From NCBI GenBank assembly GCA_946624575.1, contig CAMOSH010000001.1:7778-71777 (forward strand): a stretch of DNA of 64,000 bases. Reading direction: 5' to 3'. Origin of the DNA: an uncultured Verrucomicrobiota bacterium (GTDB taxonomy: Bacteria; Verrucomicrobiota; Kiritimatiellia; RFP12; UBA3636). Below the pieces are notes generated by a model, which searched no databases, was not told where the DNA came from, and saw nothing but the letters and a program-made list of their open reading frames with translations. Positions 1 through 10,213 of this stretch are shown here, piece by piece. Made by a program: the position numbers and the translations under genes. Positions within the stretch are counted from its first letter, which is position 1. Each line of letters opens with the position of its first letter.

Positions 1-57
1 CCGCACGACGGGCCGCCCGGCGGGCGGCCCTTGCCGAATACCGGACTGGAATCGGAA

Positions 58-2301
58 ATGACAACTGTTCGCAAGGTATTCCTGTCGGCCGCGGTGTTCG
101 CCGCAGCGGCGGCCGCCGGTTGTGGCGGGCAAACCGGGGATGCCCCGCCCGCATCGTCGGGCCGCTGGCGGTTGCTGCCGCTGCAGGGCGGCGGCTTCGT
201 CCAGAATATCGTCTTCACGCGGAACCCGGACGTCCTCTACATGACGGTCGATGTCGGCGGCCCCTACCGCTCCGACGACGGCGGCCGTTCGTGGCGGCCG
301 CTCCACGGCGCGATGCCGTGGGAGATGCGGCGCCTCCAGCTCGACTGCGCGCGCAGCGTCAGCCCCGACCCGCGCGACGAGAACCGCATCGTCTGCGCTT
401 CGGGCGACGGCAAGGGCATCGTCGGCGGCATTGTCGTCTCGGACGACGGCGGCCGCTCCTGGAGGCAGACCGGGCGCGGCAACTTCCTCTCCAACGGACG
501 GCGGCGCTGGATGGGGCAGCTTCTCTCGCGAGACCCGAACAACCCGGACGTTCTGGTGGCGGGCGGCGACTGCACCGGCATCGTCGCGAGCCGCGACGGG
601 GGCGAAACGTGGCGCCAGATCGACGGGACGGATGGCTACTGGTTCAGCTGCATCCACCACGACCGCGCCGTTCCCGGCCGCGTCTGGGCCTGCGCCCCCG
701 GATTCGAGGACGTGCCGGAGGAGTCGCGCGACCTCGCCGAGGGGCGCGCCCCCAACCCGTGGCCGCAGCCGACGCGTCGGCGTGGCCTCCTGCGTTCCGA
801 CGACGGCGGCGCGACGTGGGTTGACACGGGCGCGGCGCGCGTCCCCGAAGAACTCGCGCAAATCGACGGCGACCCGCGCGTTGTCGGGCTCTTCGGCGAG
901 CGCGAGTCGCTGGCGACGCATGACGGCGGCGCAACGTGGGAGGACTTTTCAAAAGGGCTCGACCGCCTTTCCGGCAACGTCTGGGACAACTACGGATGCC
1001 TGCGCGGCCGCTACAAGGCCATCGGCGCCGGCGACGGGTTCCTGCTCGTCTGCGACACGCGAGGCAATGTCTTCCGCCGCGACGCGGCCGACGCGTCGTG
1101 GCGCGAAGTGCCGGCGCTTTCGCTGGAACGCTCGGAGCCGGCAAAGGAGCTCAAGCCGCGCGACCACATGCCGATGGCCTGTTCCATCGTCGTCGATCCG
1201 CGAAACCCCGATCGCTGGTTCGTCACCGACTGGTATTGCGCGTGGGAGACGACGGACGCCGGCGCCCACTGGCGGACGCGGATTTCCGGCGTCCAGCCGC
1301 TCGTCCAGTTCACCATCGACGCAAGCCCTTTCGATCCCGCCGTCGTCTTCTACGCCACGGCCGATTCGCCGATGTTCGTTTCGCGCGACGGCGGGCGGTC
1401 GTTCTCCCTCATGGGCGACGGCGGCGGCTCCGTCCTCTCGGAGAGCGTCAACTCCGTCGCCTTCTCGCAGACGACACCTGGACTGGCGCTCGTCGCGGGC
1501 GGCAAATTCCGTCCCTCCGTGCGCGTGACGGAGGACGACGGCGCGACGTGGCGCGTTTGCGGCCAGAAGGGGCTGCCCGAAATGAAGCCCGACTTGAAGT
1601 GGACGAGGGCCGACGGCTTCTACGCGGCCTACAGCGTCGCGGTCCACCCCCGCCGCGACGAGTTTTTCATTGCGATGGGCGGGCGTGTCGGCGAGAACAA
1701 GGGCGGCGTTTACCGCTCGCTCGACGCCGGAGAGACATGGGAGTGGTTCGGGCAGGGCCTGCCCGAAGGCGAAAACCTCTTCAAGTTCATGGAGTGGGGC
1801 AACGGCGAGGCGCTGGCCGTCTCCGAATCGGGCGACATGACGTGCTGGAGCATGGACGGGCGCCAGGTCTTTCGGCGCGGCGAAGGAGACGACCGCTGGA
1901 CGAAGGTCGATTTCTCCATGCGGGTCGTCGATTCGTCCGGCGTGGTCGTGCAGCCGTCGATCAAGGCCGTTCCGGGACGCGACGGCTGGTTCTTCGCGAA
2001 CTGCGGCAATGGCGAAGGGGCACTCTTCCGCTCGACGGACGGAGGCCGCACTTTTGCGAAGGTCGAACGCGGTCCCGCCGGGATGTTCCGCCCGCTCGCC
2101 TTCGACCGGCGCGTCCCCGGACGGTTTGTAGTCCCGGGCCCCGGCGTTGTCTATGTCACGGACGACTTCGGCGAAAGCTTCTCCGAGCTTCCGGGCGGGA
2201 TGGATTTCCCGTCCGGCGTGAAACCGCGCTTCTACGCCGACGGCGGCCGCCTCTGGGCGACCGGCAGCGGCAGCGGCGCATGGGAATACGTGGAACGATG
2301 A
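58..2301 (+). CDS. BNR/Asp-box repeat lipoprotein, sialidase/GH74-like beta-propeller glycosidase-like
   Basis: Signal peptide with lipobox (AAAGC). At least 10 Asp-box motifs (SDDGGRSW, SRDGGETW, THDGGATW, TEDDGATW, STDGGRTF and others). ATG at 58 is in frame with the track ORF 31..2301. Confidence 0.7.
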   Translation: MTTVRKVFLSAAVFAAAAAAGCGGQTGDAPPASSGRWRLLPLQGGGFVQNIVFTRNPDVLYMTVDVGGPYRSDDGGRSWRPLHGAMPWEMRRLQLDCARSVSPDPRDENRIVCASGDGKGIVGGIVVSDDGGRSWRQTGRGNFLSNGRRRWMGQLLSRDPNNPDVLVAGGDCTGIVASRDGGETWRQIDGTDGYWFSCIHHDRAVPGRVWACAPGFEDVPEESRDLAEGRAPNPWPQPTRRRGLLRSDDGGATWVDTGAARVPEELAQIDGDPRVVGLFGERESLATHDGGATWEDFSKGLDRLSGNVWDNYGCLRGRYKAIGAGDGFLLVCDTRGNVFRRDAADASWREVPALSLERSEPAKELKPRDHMPMACSIVVDPRNPDRWFVTDWYCAWETTDAGAHWRTRISGVQPLVQFTIDASPFDPAVVFYATADSPMFVSRDGGRSFSLMGDGGGSVLSESVNSVAFSQTTPGLALVAGGKFRPSVRVTEDDGATWRVCGQKGLPEMKPDLKWTRADGFYAAYSVAVHPRRDEFFIAMGGRVGENKGGVYRSLDAGETWEWFGQGLPEGENLFKFMEWGNGEALAVSESGDMTCWSMDGRQVFRRGEGDDRWTKVDFSMRVVDSSGVVVQPSIKAVPGRDGWFFANCGNGEGALFRSTDGGRTFAKVERGPAGMFRPLAFDRRVPGRFVVPGPGVVYVTDDFGESFSELPGGMDFPSGVKPRFYADGGRLWATGSGSGAWEYVER

Positions 2302-3578
2302 ACACGCAAGGCGGCCAATCAAAGGGCGGAATAGCCCAGTTCAGAAAGGGCGACCGAATCGTCTGCTTCGGCGATTCGAAAACCGAGATGGGTTTTTACC
2401 CGTTTGCGCTGCAACTTCTCTGCCAACTTCGAAAGCCGCAAGCCGGCATTCGCGTGGAGAATTGCGGAAAGAGCGGCGAAACGGCCAAGAGGGGATGCGC
2501 ACGTTGGCCACTTGACGGGCGGCCGCTCGGGTGCAATCGGGCGCTCGTCCTCTATGGAGGCAACGACATCGGACGCGAAGACTGGCGTGAGGAAGTCCCG
2601 TCTGACAATGCCATTGTCAGACGGCGCAATGCCGCCTTGGCGGATTTTGGAATCTGGCTTCCGAAGTGTGTCGATGCGATTCTTGCGGACGGCGTGCGCG
2701 CGGAGATTGTGTCGCCCGCCCCATTCGACGAGTGGGGGAATCAGCCAAACCTGCGCGAGCTCAAACTTGCCAACCGCGCGCTCGGAAGATGTCGTGAAAT
2801 CGCGCGAAAAACGGCGGAAGAAAAGGCGTTGGGGTTTTCGGACATTTTCGAGCCGCTGTCCGAAATCTACAGGCGTCGGCCGGACCTGGGCTTCACGGGC
2901 GACAGAATCCATCCCGACCCTGCGGCCTCGCTGCTGATGGCGTGCCGGATATGGTTGGATTCCGGCGAACCCGGCGAGTTCGCGCGGACGAAGGCGGATG
3001 CGGGCGGAGCGACATCGTTCGCAATGGAGATGGAACCGTCGGCGCTGCCGCTGCCGGTTGAGGACAAGTACCGAAAACTCAACAAGGCATGGCCTGTCAC
3101 GGAACTGGTGAACAGGGACATCCTGGCCGTTTCGAATCTCGCGGCGGGAACATACGCGATCAAGACGGATGGACGGACTCTCGGCGTTTTCCCGGCGGGC
3201 GTTCTGGCGGCCGGCGTGAACATTGCCGTGTTGGAAACGCCATGCCAGGAGTCGGCGAGGAAGGCCTCCGGGATTTGCGCGAAACTTGCCGAACTCGTCA
3301 GGACACGGCTCCTGCGCGGGCAGGTTGTCCGCGAAATCCGCGAATCCGGTTTTTCGCCGGACGATTCCGGAGGGCTTGCCTCGTTCTTCGCACTGGCGCG
3401 CAAGGCGGCTGAAGCGCTTCCGTGGAAGGACTTTCGAAACCACGTCCTGGACACGGCAGAACAGACGATTCCGCTCGGCGAGGAACTCGCGGCGGAGGAA
3501 GAGCGCCTCCGCAAGGAGCTTGGAGAAATCCGCCCGTTCCGTTACCAGATCGAAATCGAACGGATCGGAGGTGCGTGA
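2298..3578 (+). CDS. SGNH/GDSL family hydrolase (esterase/lipase-like)
   Basis: Block I IVCFGDSKTE, block III LYGGNDI, block V DRIHPD. ATG at 2298 overlaps the upstream stop (ATGA). The 5' part of track ORF 936..3578 is antisense/out-of-frame noise. Confidence 0.7.
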   Translation: MNTQGGQSKGGIAQFRKGDRIVCFGDSKTEMGFYPFALQLLCQLRKPQAGIRVENCGKSGETAKRGCARWPLDGRPLGCNRALVLYGGNDIGREDWREEVPSDNAIVRRRNAALADFGIWLPKCVDAILADGVRAEIVSPAPFDEWGNQPNLRELKLANRALGRCREIARKTAEEKALGFSDIFEPLSEIYRRRPDLGFTGDRIHPDPAASLLMACRIWLDSGEPGEFARTKADAGGATSFAMEMEPSALPLPVEDKYRKLNKAWPVTELVNRDILAVSNLAAGTYAIKTDGRTLGVFPAGVLAAGVNIAVLETPCQESARKASGICAKLAELVRTRLLRGQVVREIRESGFSPDDSGGLASFFALARKAAEALPWKDFRNHVLDTAEQTIPLGEELAAEEERLRKELGEIRPFRYQIEIERIGGA

Positions 3579-3580
3579 AC

Positions 3581-4492
3581 ATGGCCCGTGTGCCTCTTGA
3601 GGATTTGTCCCCGTTTTCCCGCAGGGGAGGCTTCGAGCGCCTGTCTCTCGGGATGGCCACCGTGGAAATCGGGCTTGAACGGCCGTTCTCGGTGCTGCAC
3701 GTTTCCGACACCCATCTTTCGGCGGCGGACGACGACGAACCGCCGGAAAAGCAGATACTCTCACTGAAGCGGACTCGCTGTTTCGGCGGAAGACAGGAGG
3801 AAGCGTTGAGAGACTCGGTGCTTTGGGCACGCGAACACGTTGATCTCGTCGTCCATACTGGGGACATCATCGACTGGCAGAGCCGGGCCAACTTCGCCCT
3901 CGTGCGCAAATACGCAGGACTGTGTCCCGGCGGACGCATGGTGGGGTGCTCGGGCAACCACGAGTTTTCGCAGTCGATGTGGCTGGGGACGCCGAAGGAG
4001 ACGCCAACCGAGGCGAACAAAGACATTTCACGCGAAACGCTCCGGGCGGAGCTTCCGTTTGATCCGTTTTTCCAGGCGAGCGTCTTCGGCGGCGTGAATT
4101 TCGTCGCGATGGACAACGCCTACGGTACTTTCAAACCGGATCAAATCGAACGCTTCTGGGCGGAACGCGACAAAGGTCTGCCCATCGTGCTGTGCGTCCA
4201 CGTGCCGATCCACGACGCCGACAGTTGGCGGATGGCGCGACACTTCTGGAACTGGCGCCGCCCGAAATTCGCCGACGCCGCCGTTCCGCCGGCAGACGGC
4301 GTTTTCGGCGCCCAACTCGAAGACCGCGCCACGGCCGCATTTCTCCGTGCGCTCCGCAGGGAACCGCTGCTCAAGGCGGTTCTTTGCGGACATGAACATG
4401 TCGGCATGCAAATTCCCTTTTCGCCGACTGCGACGGAATTCGCCGTCGCCGGAAACTTCCTGTTTGCCGGCGAGGAAATTCTTTTCGTGTGA
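3581..4492 (+). CDS. calcineurin-like metallophosphoesterase
   Basis: VLHVSDTHL, HTGDIID, GNHE, GHEHV metallophosphatase motifs. Starts 2 bp after the upstream stop. Confidence 0.7.
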   Translation: MARVPLEDLSPFSRRGGFERLSLGMATVEIGLERPFSVLHVSDTHLSAADDDEPPEKQILSLKRTRCFGGRQEEALRDSVLWAREHVDLVVHTGDIIDWQSRANFALVRKYAGLCPGGRMVGCSGNHEFSQSMWLGTPKETPTEANKDISRETLRAELPFDPFFQASVFGGVNFVAMDNAYGTFKPDQIERFWAERDKGLPIVLCVHVPIHDADSWRMARHFWNWRRPKFADAAVPPADGVFGAQLEDRATAAFLRALRREPLLKAVLCGHEHVGMQIPFSPTATEFAVAGNFLFAGEEILFV

Positions 4493-4523
4493 ATGAAACC
4501 GTCTTCCGGAAAAGGAAACATCA

Positions 4524-5318
4524 ATGAAACTCGGCATGATCCGCAACGCCTGCGACGACGCGGCGTTCCGATACGTCAAAGGCAAGGGACTCGACTTCAT
4601 CGAGGCGTGCTGCAACTTTCCGGAAGAGGCAGCGGCCTTCAACGCGCGTCGCGAGGAAATCAAGGCGCTTGTCGCGCGTCACGCCCTCCCCGTGCTCGCG
4701 TGCGGAAGATGGAATGGCGACGGCGGACCGCTTGACGCCGATGGCAGAGTCCGGGAAGATTTTCTAGCCGAGGCGAAGGAGACAATCTCGGCTTGCGCCG
4801 CCATTGGCTGTCCGGTTTACAACTGCGGCTGCAACCGCGTGGAGGGAATGAGCCTCTTCCGCAACTGCGCCGCCGCCATCGAATGGTTCGGGACGCTTCT
4901 CGACTTCGCCGGACCGCTCGGCGTGAAAATCGCCGTTTACAACTGCCCGTGGCACAACTTCGTCCGCGACATGGCGACGTGGGAAATCGTTCTCGGCGAA
5001 CTGCCGGACCTCGGCATCAAGTTCGACGCCTCCCACTCCATCGGCGCCGGACGGGACTACATGGAGGAGCTGCGCCTCTGGGGCGGCCGCATCCGCCACG
5101 TCCACGTCAAGGGCGCTCTGCGCGTGAACGGCCAATACGTGGACGACCCGCCGGCCGGACTCGACATGCTCCCCTGGCCGTCGATCCTCGGCATGCTCTA
5201 CAAGGCCGGCTACGACGGCGGCCTCTCCATCGAACCGCATTCCGACACCTGGCGCGGCGACCTCGGCGAACGCGGCATCGACCTGACGATCCGAACCATC
5301 CGCGCGCTCATCGTCTGA
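4524..5318 (+). CDS. sugar phosphate isomerase/epimerase (xylose isomerase-like TIM barrel)
   Basis: AAGGAAA SD precedes the ATG. HVHVKG and IEPH motifs typical of the AP endonuclease 2 / xylose isomerase-like fold. Confidence 0.6.
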   Translation: MKLGMIRNACDDAAFRYVKGKGLDFIEACCNFPEEAAAFNARREEIKALVARHALPVLACGRWNGDGGPLDADGRVREDFLAEAKETISACAAIGCPVYNCGCNRVEGMSLFRNCAAAIEWFGTLLDFAGPLGVKIAVYNCPWHNFVRDMATWEIVLGELPDLGIKFDASHSIGAGRDYMEELRLWGGRIRHVHVKGALRVNGQYVDDPPAGLDMLPWPSILGMLYKAGYDGGLSIEPHSDTWRGDLGERGIDLTIRTIRALIV

Positions 5319-5325
5319 AATCGCC

Positions 5326-7599
5326 ATGAACCGCAACCTAGTCAATTGGATCTTTTCGCGCCCGCGCGTGCACGAGGGGATTCCGTTCGCGAACGGCGTA
5401 TCCGGGGCGCTCGCGTGGGGCGAAGGGCGCATCCTGCGCGTGACGCTCGGGCGCGCCGACCTCTGGGACCACCGCGGCGGGATGCCGTGGACGGCCGCGC
5501 AGAACTTCCGCGACCTCCGCGCCGCGCTGGAAGCCGGCGACGAAGCGCGCGTGAAGGAGATGTTCGCCTATCCGCCGCCCGCGCCCGGAACCCCGCCGCG
5601 GCCGTTCAACGTGCCGGTTGGCACCGTGGCGTTCGACCTCGGAGCGGGACTGTGCCTGGAGTCCGCCGCTCTCGACGTCGAACGCGGCACGGCGACGGTC
5701 CTGGCGCGGCGGACGGACGGGAAGCGCGGGGCGGCGCGCATCCGCCTCGATTTCGACCTGGAGCGCGGCGTCCTGTGCATCGAGTGGCCGCGCGGTCTTG
5801 CGCCGAAGGTCTCCGCGCACCCCGCCTGGGAGAAGATGGGCGACAAGCTGGCGTCGCTCTCCTACGCGCCCCCGGCGCGTTTCCGCTGCAAGTCGGCCGC
5901 AGGCTGGACGCAGGCCCTTCCCGCCGACCCCGCCGTGGCGGCGGGCTGGCGGACCGAAGGAGGCGCGACGTTCGTCGGCGCGGCGCGGGGCGCCGGACCC
6001 GCCGCCGCGCGCAAGGCGCTGTGCGGCGCGTTCGACGGACTGCTGGCGGCTGGCGGCCTCGCCGCCGTCCGGCGGGCCTCCGCCCGTTGGTGGCGGCGCT
6101 ACTGGGCCGACGTGCCGCGAATCGGCATCCCCGACGACACGCTGCGGCGGATGCACGACTTCGGGATGTACAAGTTCGCCTGCCTCACGAGGCCGGAAGG
6201 CGTGGCGGCGACCTTGCAGGGCCCCTGGGTCGAGGACGACCGGATCCCCCCGTGGTCGAACGACTACCATTTCAACGTCAACGTCCAGATGTGCTACGCA
6301 CCGTCCTTCCACGGAAACCGCCTGGGGCATCTGGCCCCGCTCTTCCGGATGATCCGGTCGTGGTGGCCGCGGATGCGCGAAAACGCGCGCCTCTACGCCG
6401 GGGTGGAGGACGGTTTCCTGCTTCCCCATGCCGTGGACGACCGCTGCACTTGCATGGGCAGCTTCTGGACGGGCGCCGTCGATCTTGCCTGCACCGCGTG
6501 GATCGCCGCGCTGATGTTCCGCTACGTGCGCTACACCGGCGACCTGGACTTCCTGCGCTCCGACGCCTTCCCGTTCATGCGCGGCGCGATGCGCGTCCTC
6601 CGCGCCGTCATGGAGGAGAAGGACGGACGCCTCTCGCTTCCCGTCACCGTTTCGCCCGAATGGCACGGCGACGCGATGGACGCCTGGGGCCGCGACGCGA
6701 GCTTCCAGCTTGCCGCCGGGCACCGTCTCGCCGAAGACCTCGTCGAGGCGGCGCGGATGCTGGGCGGGGAACCCGATCCGGCATGGACCGACGTCCTCGC
6801 GCGGCTCCCGAAGGCGACGCTTGTCGATGGCGCGTACGGCCCGGTCGTCGGGCTGTGGGAAGGAACCGCGCTCACCGAGTCGCACCGCCACCATTCGCAC
6901 CTTGCCGCCATCGCGCCGTTCGACACCATCGACCTCGACGCCCCCGAATGGCGCGACGTCGTGCGCGACTCGCTCGACGACTGGATCGTGCACGGGCCGG
7001 GACGCTGGACGGGCTGGTGCATCCCGTGGGCGGCGATCCTCCATGCGCGCGCCGGACACGCCGACGCCGCCGAACTCTGGCTGGAAATCATGGACCGGCT
7101 TTACGTGAACGACGGCCACGGCACCCGCCACAACCCGCTCTTCCCCGGCCTTTCCGTCATGGGACGGTGCTCGTTCGACGCCTTCGGCGACGACTCCCGC
7201 GACGGCGGCGAAATCATGCAACTCGACGCCGGGATGGCCGCCGTCGCGGCGGTGCAGGAAATGCTGGCGCACGAGCGGCGCGGCGTCGTGCGCCTCTTCA
7301 AAGGCGCGCCGCAGCGCTGGCGCGAGGTGGAATTCCATGGCATCCGCGTCGCCGGCGGGTTCCTGGTTTCAGCGCGCCGCACGGCGGCACATGGCGTCGA
7401 ATGGGCGGAAATCCGGGCGACCCGTGCCGGAACGCTTCTTCTCGAATCGCCGTGGGGCGCGGGATCCGCCGTCCAGATCCGGGTCTCCGGCGCCCCTTCG
7501 CGCACCATTCGGCCGGATCTGCGTGGCGTACTCGCGCTCGACTTCGTTCGTCCCGGCGCCCAGACGAGCGTGACGCCGCGCCCGTCGACCTTGCGGTAG
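5326..7599 (+). CDS. glycoside hydrolase family 95-like (alpha-L-fucosidase family)
   Basis: N-terminal IPFANGVSGALAWG resembles GH95 PxGNGxLGAMxxG. WSNDYHFNVNVQMCY matches the GH95 catalytic-region signature (DYHxNINxQMNYW). Confidence 0.55.
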   Translation: MNRNLVNWIFSRPRVHEGIPFANGVSGALAWGEGRILRVTLGRADLWDHRGGMPWTAAQNFRDLRAALEAGDEARVKEMFAYPPPAPGTPPRPFNVPVGTVAFDLGAGLCLESAALDVERGTATVLARRTDGKRGAARIRLDFDLERGVLCIEWPRGLAPKVSAHPAWEKMGDKLASLSYAPPARFRCKSAAGWTQALPADPAVAAGWRTEGGATFVGAARGAGPAAARKALCGAFDGLLAAGGLAAVRRASARWWRRYWADVPRIGIPDDTLRRMHDFGMYKFACLTRPEGVAATLQGPWVEDDRIPPWSNDYHFNVNVQMCYAPSFHGNRLGHLAPLFRMIRSWWPRMRENARLYAGVEDGFLLPHAVDDRCTCMGSFWTGAVDLACTAWIAALMFRYVRYTGDLDFLRSDAFPFMRGAMRVLRAVMEEKDGRLSLPVTVSPEWHGDAMDAWGRDASFQLAAGHRLAEDLVEAARMLGGEPDPAWTDVLARLPKATLVDGAYGPVVGLWEGTALTESHRHHSHLAAIAPFDTIDLDAPEWRDVVRDSLDDWIVHGPGRWTGWCIPWAAILHARAGHADAAELWLEIMDRLYVNDGHGTRHNPLFPGLSVMGRCSFDAFGDDSRDGGEIMQLDAGMAAVAAVQEMLAHERRGVVRLFKGAPQRWREVEFHGIRVAGGFLVSARRTAAHGVEWAEIRATRAGTLLLESPWGAGSAVQIRVSGAPSRTIRPDLRGVLALDFVRPGAQTSVTPRPSTLR

Positions 7600-7835
7600 G
7601 CGAAGCACGGAAACGTCACGCTTGGTCCGCCTTCCAGTCGAATTGGATGGTCGGGAACGGGATAGACGAACGCTTCGGGGCGGCACTGCAGCGCGGCGTG
7701 CTGGCTGTAGCTCATCGCCATGCGGTCGCCGGACTTTACGGACGCCACGCCGCAAATCGACGCTCTCCGACTCTCCCCACGCGGCTCTCGTCCAGCGTGC
7801 GCTGGAAGTGATCGACGCCGAAAAAAATTCGGCAC

Positions 7836-7864
7836 TTGTGCGGAGAAAGGCATTGTGCTAGAAT
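7836..7864 (+). promoter_or_regulatory. putative sigma70-type promoter for fusA (TTGTGC, 17-bp spacer, TAGAAT with TGn extension)
   Basis: TTGTGC at 7836-7841, 17-nt spacer, TAGAAT at 7859-7864 preceded by TG. An A-tract lies upstream. It sits about 120 nt 5' of the fusA ATG. Confidence 0.3.
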
Positions 7865-7986
7865 CCCGCGCGTTTCTTTCCGGCCGCGCCATGCTCGGCC
7901 GCCTCCCCAACCGCTTTCGTCACACAAAGTCACAATACACAATCCGGGCGCCGCCGGCGCCCACAATCCACCACAAGGTTCGGAAA

Positions 7987-10095
7987 ATGGCACGCAAGAT
8001 CCCGCTCGAAAAATACCGCAACATCGGCATCATGGCCCACATCGACGGCGGCAAGACGACGACGACGGAACGCATCCTGTACTACACGGGCGAAAACCAC
8101 AAGCTCGGCGAGGTGCATGACGGCGCCGCGACGATGGACTTCATGGTCCAGGAGCAGGAGCGCGGCATCACGATCGGCTCGGCCGCAACGACATGCTTCT
8201 GGCGCGACCACCAGATCACGATCATCGACACTCCAGGCCACGTGGACTTCACGGCCGAAGTTGAGCGTTCGCTGCGCGTTCTCGACGGCGCGGTCGCGCT
8301 CTTCTGCGCCGTCGCAGGCGTCCAGCCCCAGTCCGAGCAGGTCTGGCGCCAGTCCGAGAAATACAAGGTCCCCAAGATCATCTTCGTCAACAAGATGGAC
8401 CGCGTCGGCGCCGACTTCTTCGGCTGCTACGAGGACGTGAAGACCATCCTGCACGGCAATCCCGTGCCGATCGTGGTCCCGATTGGCAAGGAGGACGCCT
8501 TCGAGGGCGTGGTCGATCTGGTGCGCATGCGCGCGCTCCGCTTCGACGAGGCGTCCAACGGGCTCAAGGTCATCGAGGGCGAAGTCCCGGCCGAGCTCAA
8601 GGACCAGGCCGAGGAGTGGCGCCAGAAGATGATCGAATGCGCCGCCGAGACCGACGACGCGCTTCTGGAGAAGTTCTTCTCCGGCGAGGAACTCACGGTT
8701 GACGAGATCATGGGCGCGCTTCGCAAGGCCACGATCGAGCGCAAGATCCAGCCGATGCTCTGCGGCACCTCGTTCAAGAACAAGGGCGTCCAGCCCCTGC
8801 TCGACGCGATCGTGGACTTCCTGCCGTCCCCGCTCGACCTGCCGCCTGTCGTCGGCGCGCTCCTCAAGAAGGATCAGGAGGCCGGCAAGGAGGCCCCCGT
8901 CCGCAAGCCTTCCGACGACGAGCCGTTCTCCGCGCTCGCGTTCAAGATCGTCTCCGACAAGATGATGGGCAAGCTCGTCTATGCCCGCATCTACTCCGGA
9001 AAGCTCGAAACCGGCGCGACCGTGTGGAACATGTCGCGCGAGCAGGAACAGCGCGTCGCGCGTCTCGTCCGCATGCACGCCAAGAAGCAGGAAGCGCTCT
9101 CGGAGGCATACGCCGGCGACATCGTGGCGCTCGTCGGCCTCGCCCGCACCCGCACGGGCGACACTCTCTGCGACGAGGACCACCCGATCATGCTCGAATC
9201 GATCGAGTTCCCGGCGCCGGTCATTTCGATTTCGATCAAGCCCGTCTCCCATGCCGATTCCGAGAAGCTTTCGCTCGGTCTCCAGGCGCTGGCCGACGAG
9301 GACCCGACGTTCGTGGTCGCCTACGACCAGGAGACGGAGGAGACGATCATCTCCGGCATGGGCGAACTCCACCTCGAAATCATCGTTGACCGCCTCAAGC
9401 GCGAATACGGCGTCGAGGCGCAGGTGAACCCGCCCGAAGTCGCCTACCGCGAGACGATCACGCAGACCGCCGAAGGCCAGTACAAGCACGTCAAGCAGAC
9501 GGGCGGCTCCGGTCAGTACGGCGATGTCTATCTCCGCCTCGAACCCCAGCCCGCCGGCACTCCGTTCGAGTTCGTCAACGCGATCGTCGGCGGCGCGATC
9601 CCCGGCGAGTTCATCCCCGCCGTCGAAAAGGGCGTCAAGGCCGCGATGGAGAAGGGACCCTACGCCGGATACCCGGTGGTCGATACGAAGGTCACGCTCT
9701 ACGACGGATCGTTCCACCCGGTGGACTCCTCGGCGATCGCCTTCGAACTGGCGGCGCGCCAGGGCTTCAAGAAGTACATGCTCGAAGCGAAGCCGCAGCT
9801 GCTCGAACCGGTGATGAACGTCGAGGTGACGATGCCCGAAGATTACTTCGGAGCGGTCTCCGGATCCATCGGCCAGCGTCGCGGCCGCATCGAAAGCATG
9901 GAGGACAAGGGCGGCCAGAAGGTGATCCACGCGCAGGTGCCGCTTTCCGAAATGTTCGGCTACTCCAACACGGTGCGCACCCTCACGCAGGGCCGCGGCG
10001 CGTTCACGATGATCTTCAACCAGTACGAGCCGGTTCCGGCCGGCCTGGCCAAGGAGATCGTCGAAAAGCGCCAGAAGGCTGGCAAGGTCCGGTAA
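7987..10095 (+). CDS. fusA: translation elongation factor G
   Basis: [39 protein letters not shown] and NKMDR GTPase motifs. Full-length EF-G domains (702 aa). Track ORF 7720 is extended upstream in frame. Confidence 0.9.
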   Translation: MARKIPLEKYRNIGIMAHIDGGKTTTTERILYYTGENHKLGEVHDGAATMDFMVQEQERGITIGSAATTCFWRDHQITIIDTPGHVDFTAEVERSLRVLDGAVALFCAVAGVQPQSEQVWRQSEKYKVPKIIFVNKMDRVGADFFGCYEDVKTILHGNPVPIVVPIGKEDAFEGVVDLVRMRALRFDEASNGLKVIEGEVPAELKDQAEEWRQKMIECAAETDDALLEKFFSGEELTVDEIMGALRKATIERKIQPMLCGTSFKNKGVQPLLDAIVDFLPSPLDLPPVVGALLKKDQEAGKEAPVRKPSDDEPFSALAFKIVSDKMMGKLVYARIYSGKLETGATVWNMSREQEQRVARLVRMHAKKQEALSEAYAGDIVALVGLARTRTGDTLCDEDHPIMLESIEFPAPVISISIKPVSHADSEKLSLGLQALADEDPTFVVAYDQETEETIISGMGELHLEIIVDRLKREYGVEAQVNPPEVAYRETITQTAEGQYKHVKQTGGSGQYGDVYLRLEPQPAGTPFEFVNAIVGGAIPGEFIPAVEKGVKAAMEKGPYAGYPVVDTKVTLYDGSFHPVDSSAIAFELAARQGFKKYMLEAKPQLLEPVMNVEVTMPEDYFGAVSGSIGQRRGRIESMEDKGGQKVIHAQVPLSEMFGYSNTVRTLTQGRGAFTMIFNQYEPVPAGLAKEIVEKRQKAGKVR

Positions 10096-10118
10096 GCACC
10101 GGCGATCGATGCCATTCG

Positions 10119-10155
10119 GAGGGGCGGCTTGACGGCCGCCCCTCATTTTTTGTTT
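10119..10155 (+). terminator. rho-independent terminator after fusA
   Basis: GAGGGGCGGC, loop ttgacg, GCCGCCCCTC (10-bp GC stem), followed by ATTTTTTGTTT. Lies 24 bp after the fusA stop, between convergent fusA and mutL. Confidence 0.6.
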
Positions 10156-10213
10156 CCGCTTGTTTCGGAATTTTTTTGAAGGACGCGCGGGACAGGCGGG
10201 ACGCGCGGGACGC

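Noticed and set aside
936-2297. N-terminal 450 aa of track ORF 936..3578 (Arg-rich RRRRR... translation)
   Set aside because: Out-of-frame read-through of the BNR gene region in GC-rich DNA. The real SGNH hydrolase starts at the ATG at 2298.
949-2322. 457-aa minus-strand ORF antisense to the BNR gene
   Set aside because: Antisense shadow ORF. Composition is Ala/Arg/Gly-biased and it has no motifs, while the sense strand has clear Asp-box repeats.
5338-7811. Track ORFs 5346..7811(+) and 5338..7338(-), each over 650 aa and overlapping the GH95-like gene
   Set aside because: Alternative-frame and antisense ORFs with extreme Arg/Ala/Gly/Pro bias. Only frame 5326..7599 carries GH95 motifs.
7600-7986. 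Possible small ORFs in the GH95-fusA intergenic region (for example [16 protein letters not shown]... on the minus strand)
   Set aside because: No SD and no motifs. The region contains the predicted fusA promoter and a long 5' UTR, so it is more likely non-coding.
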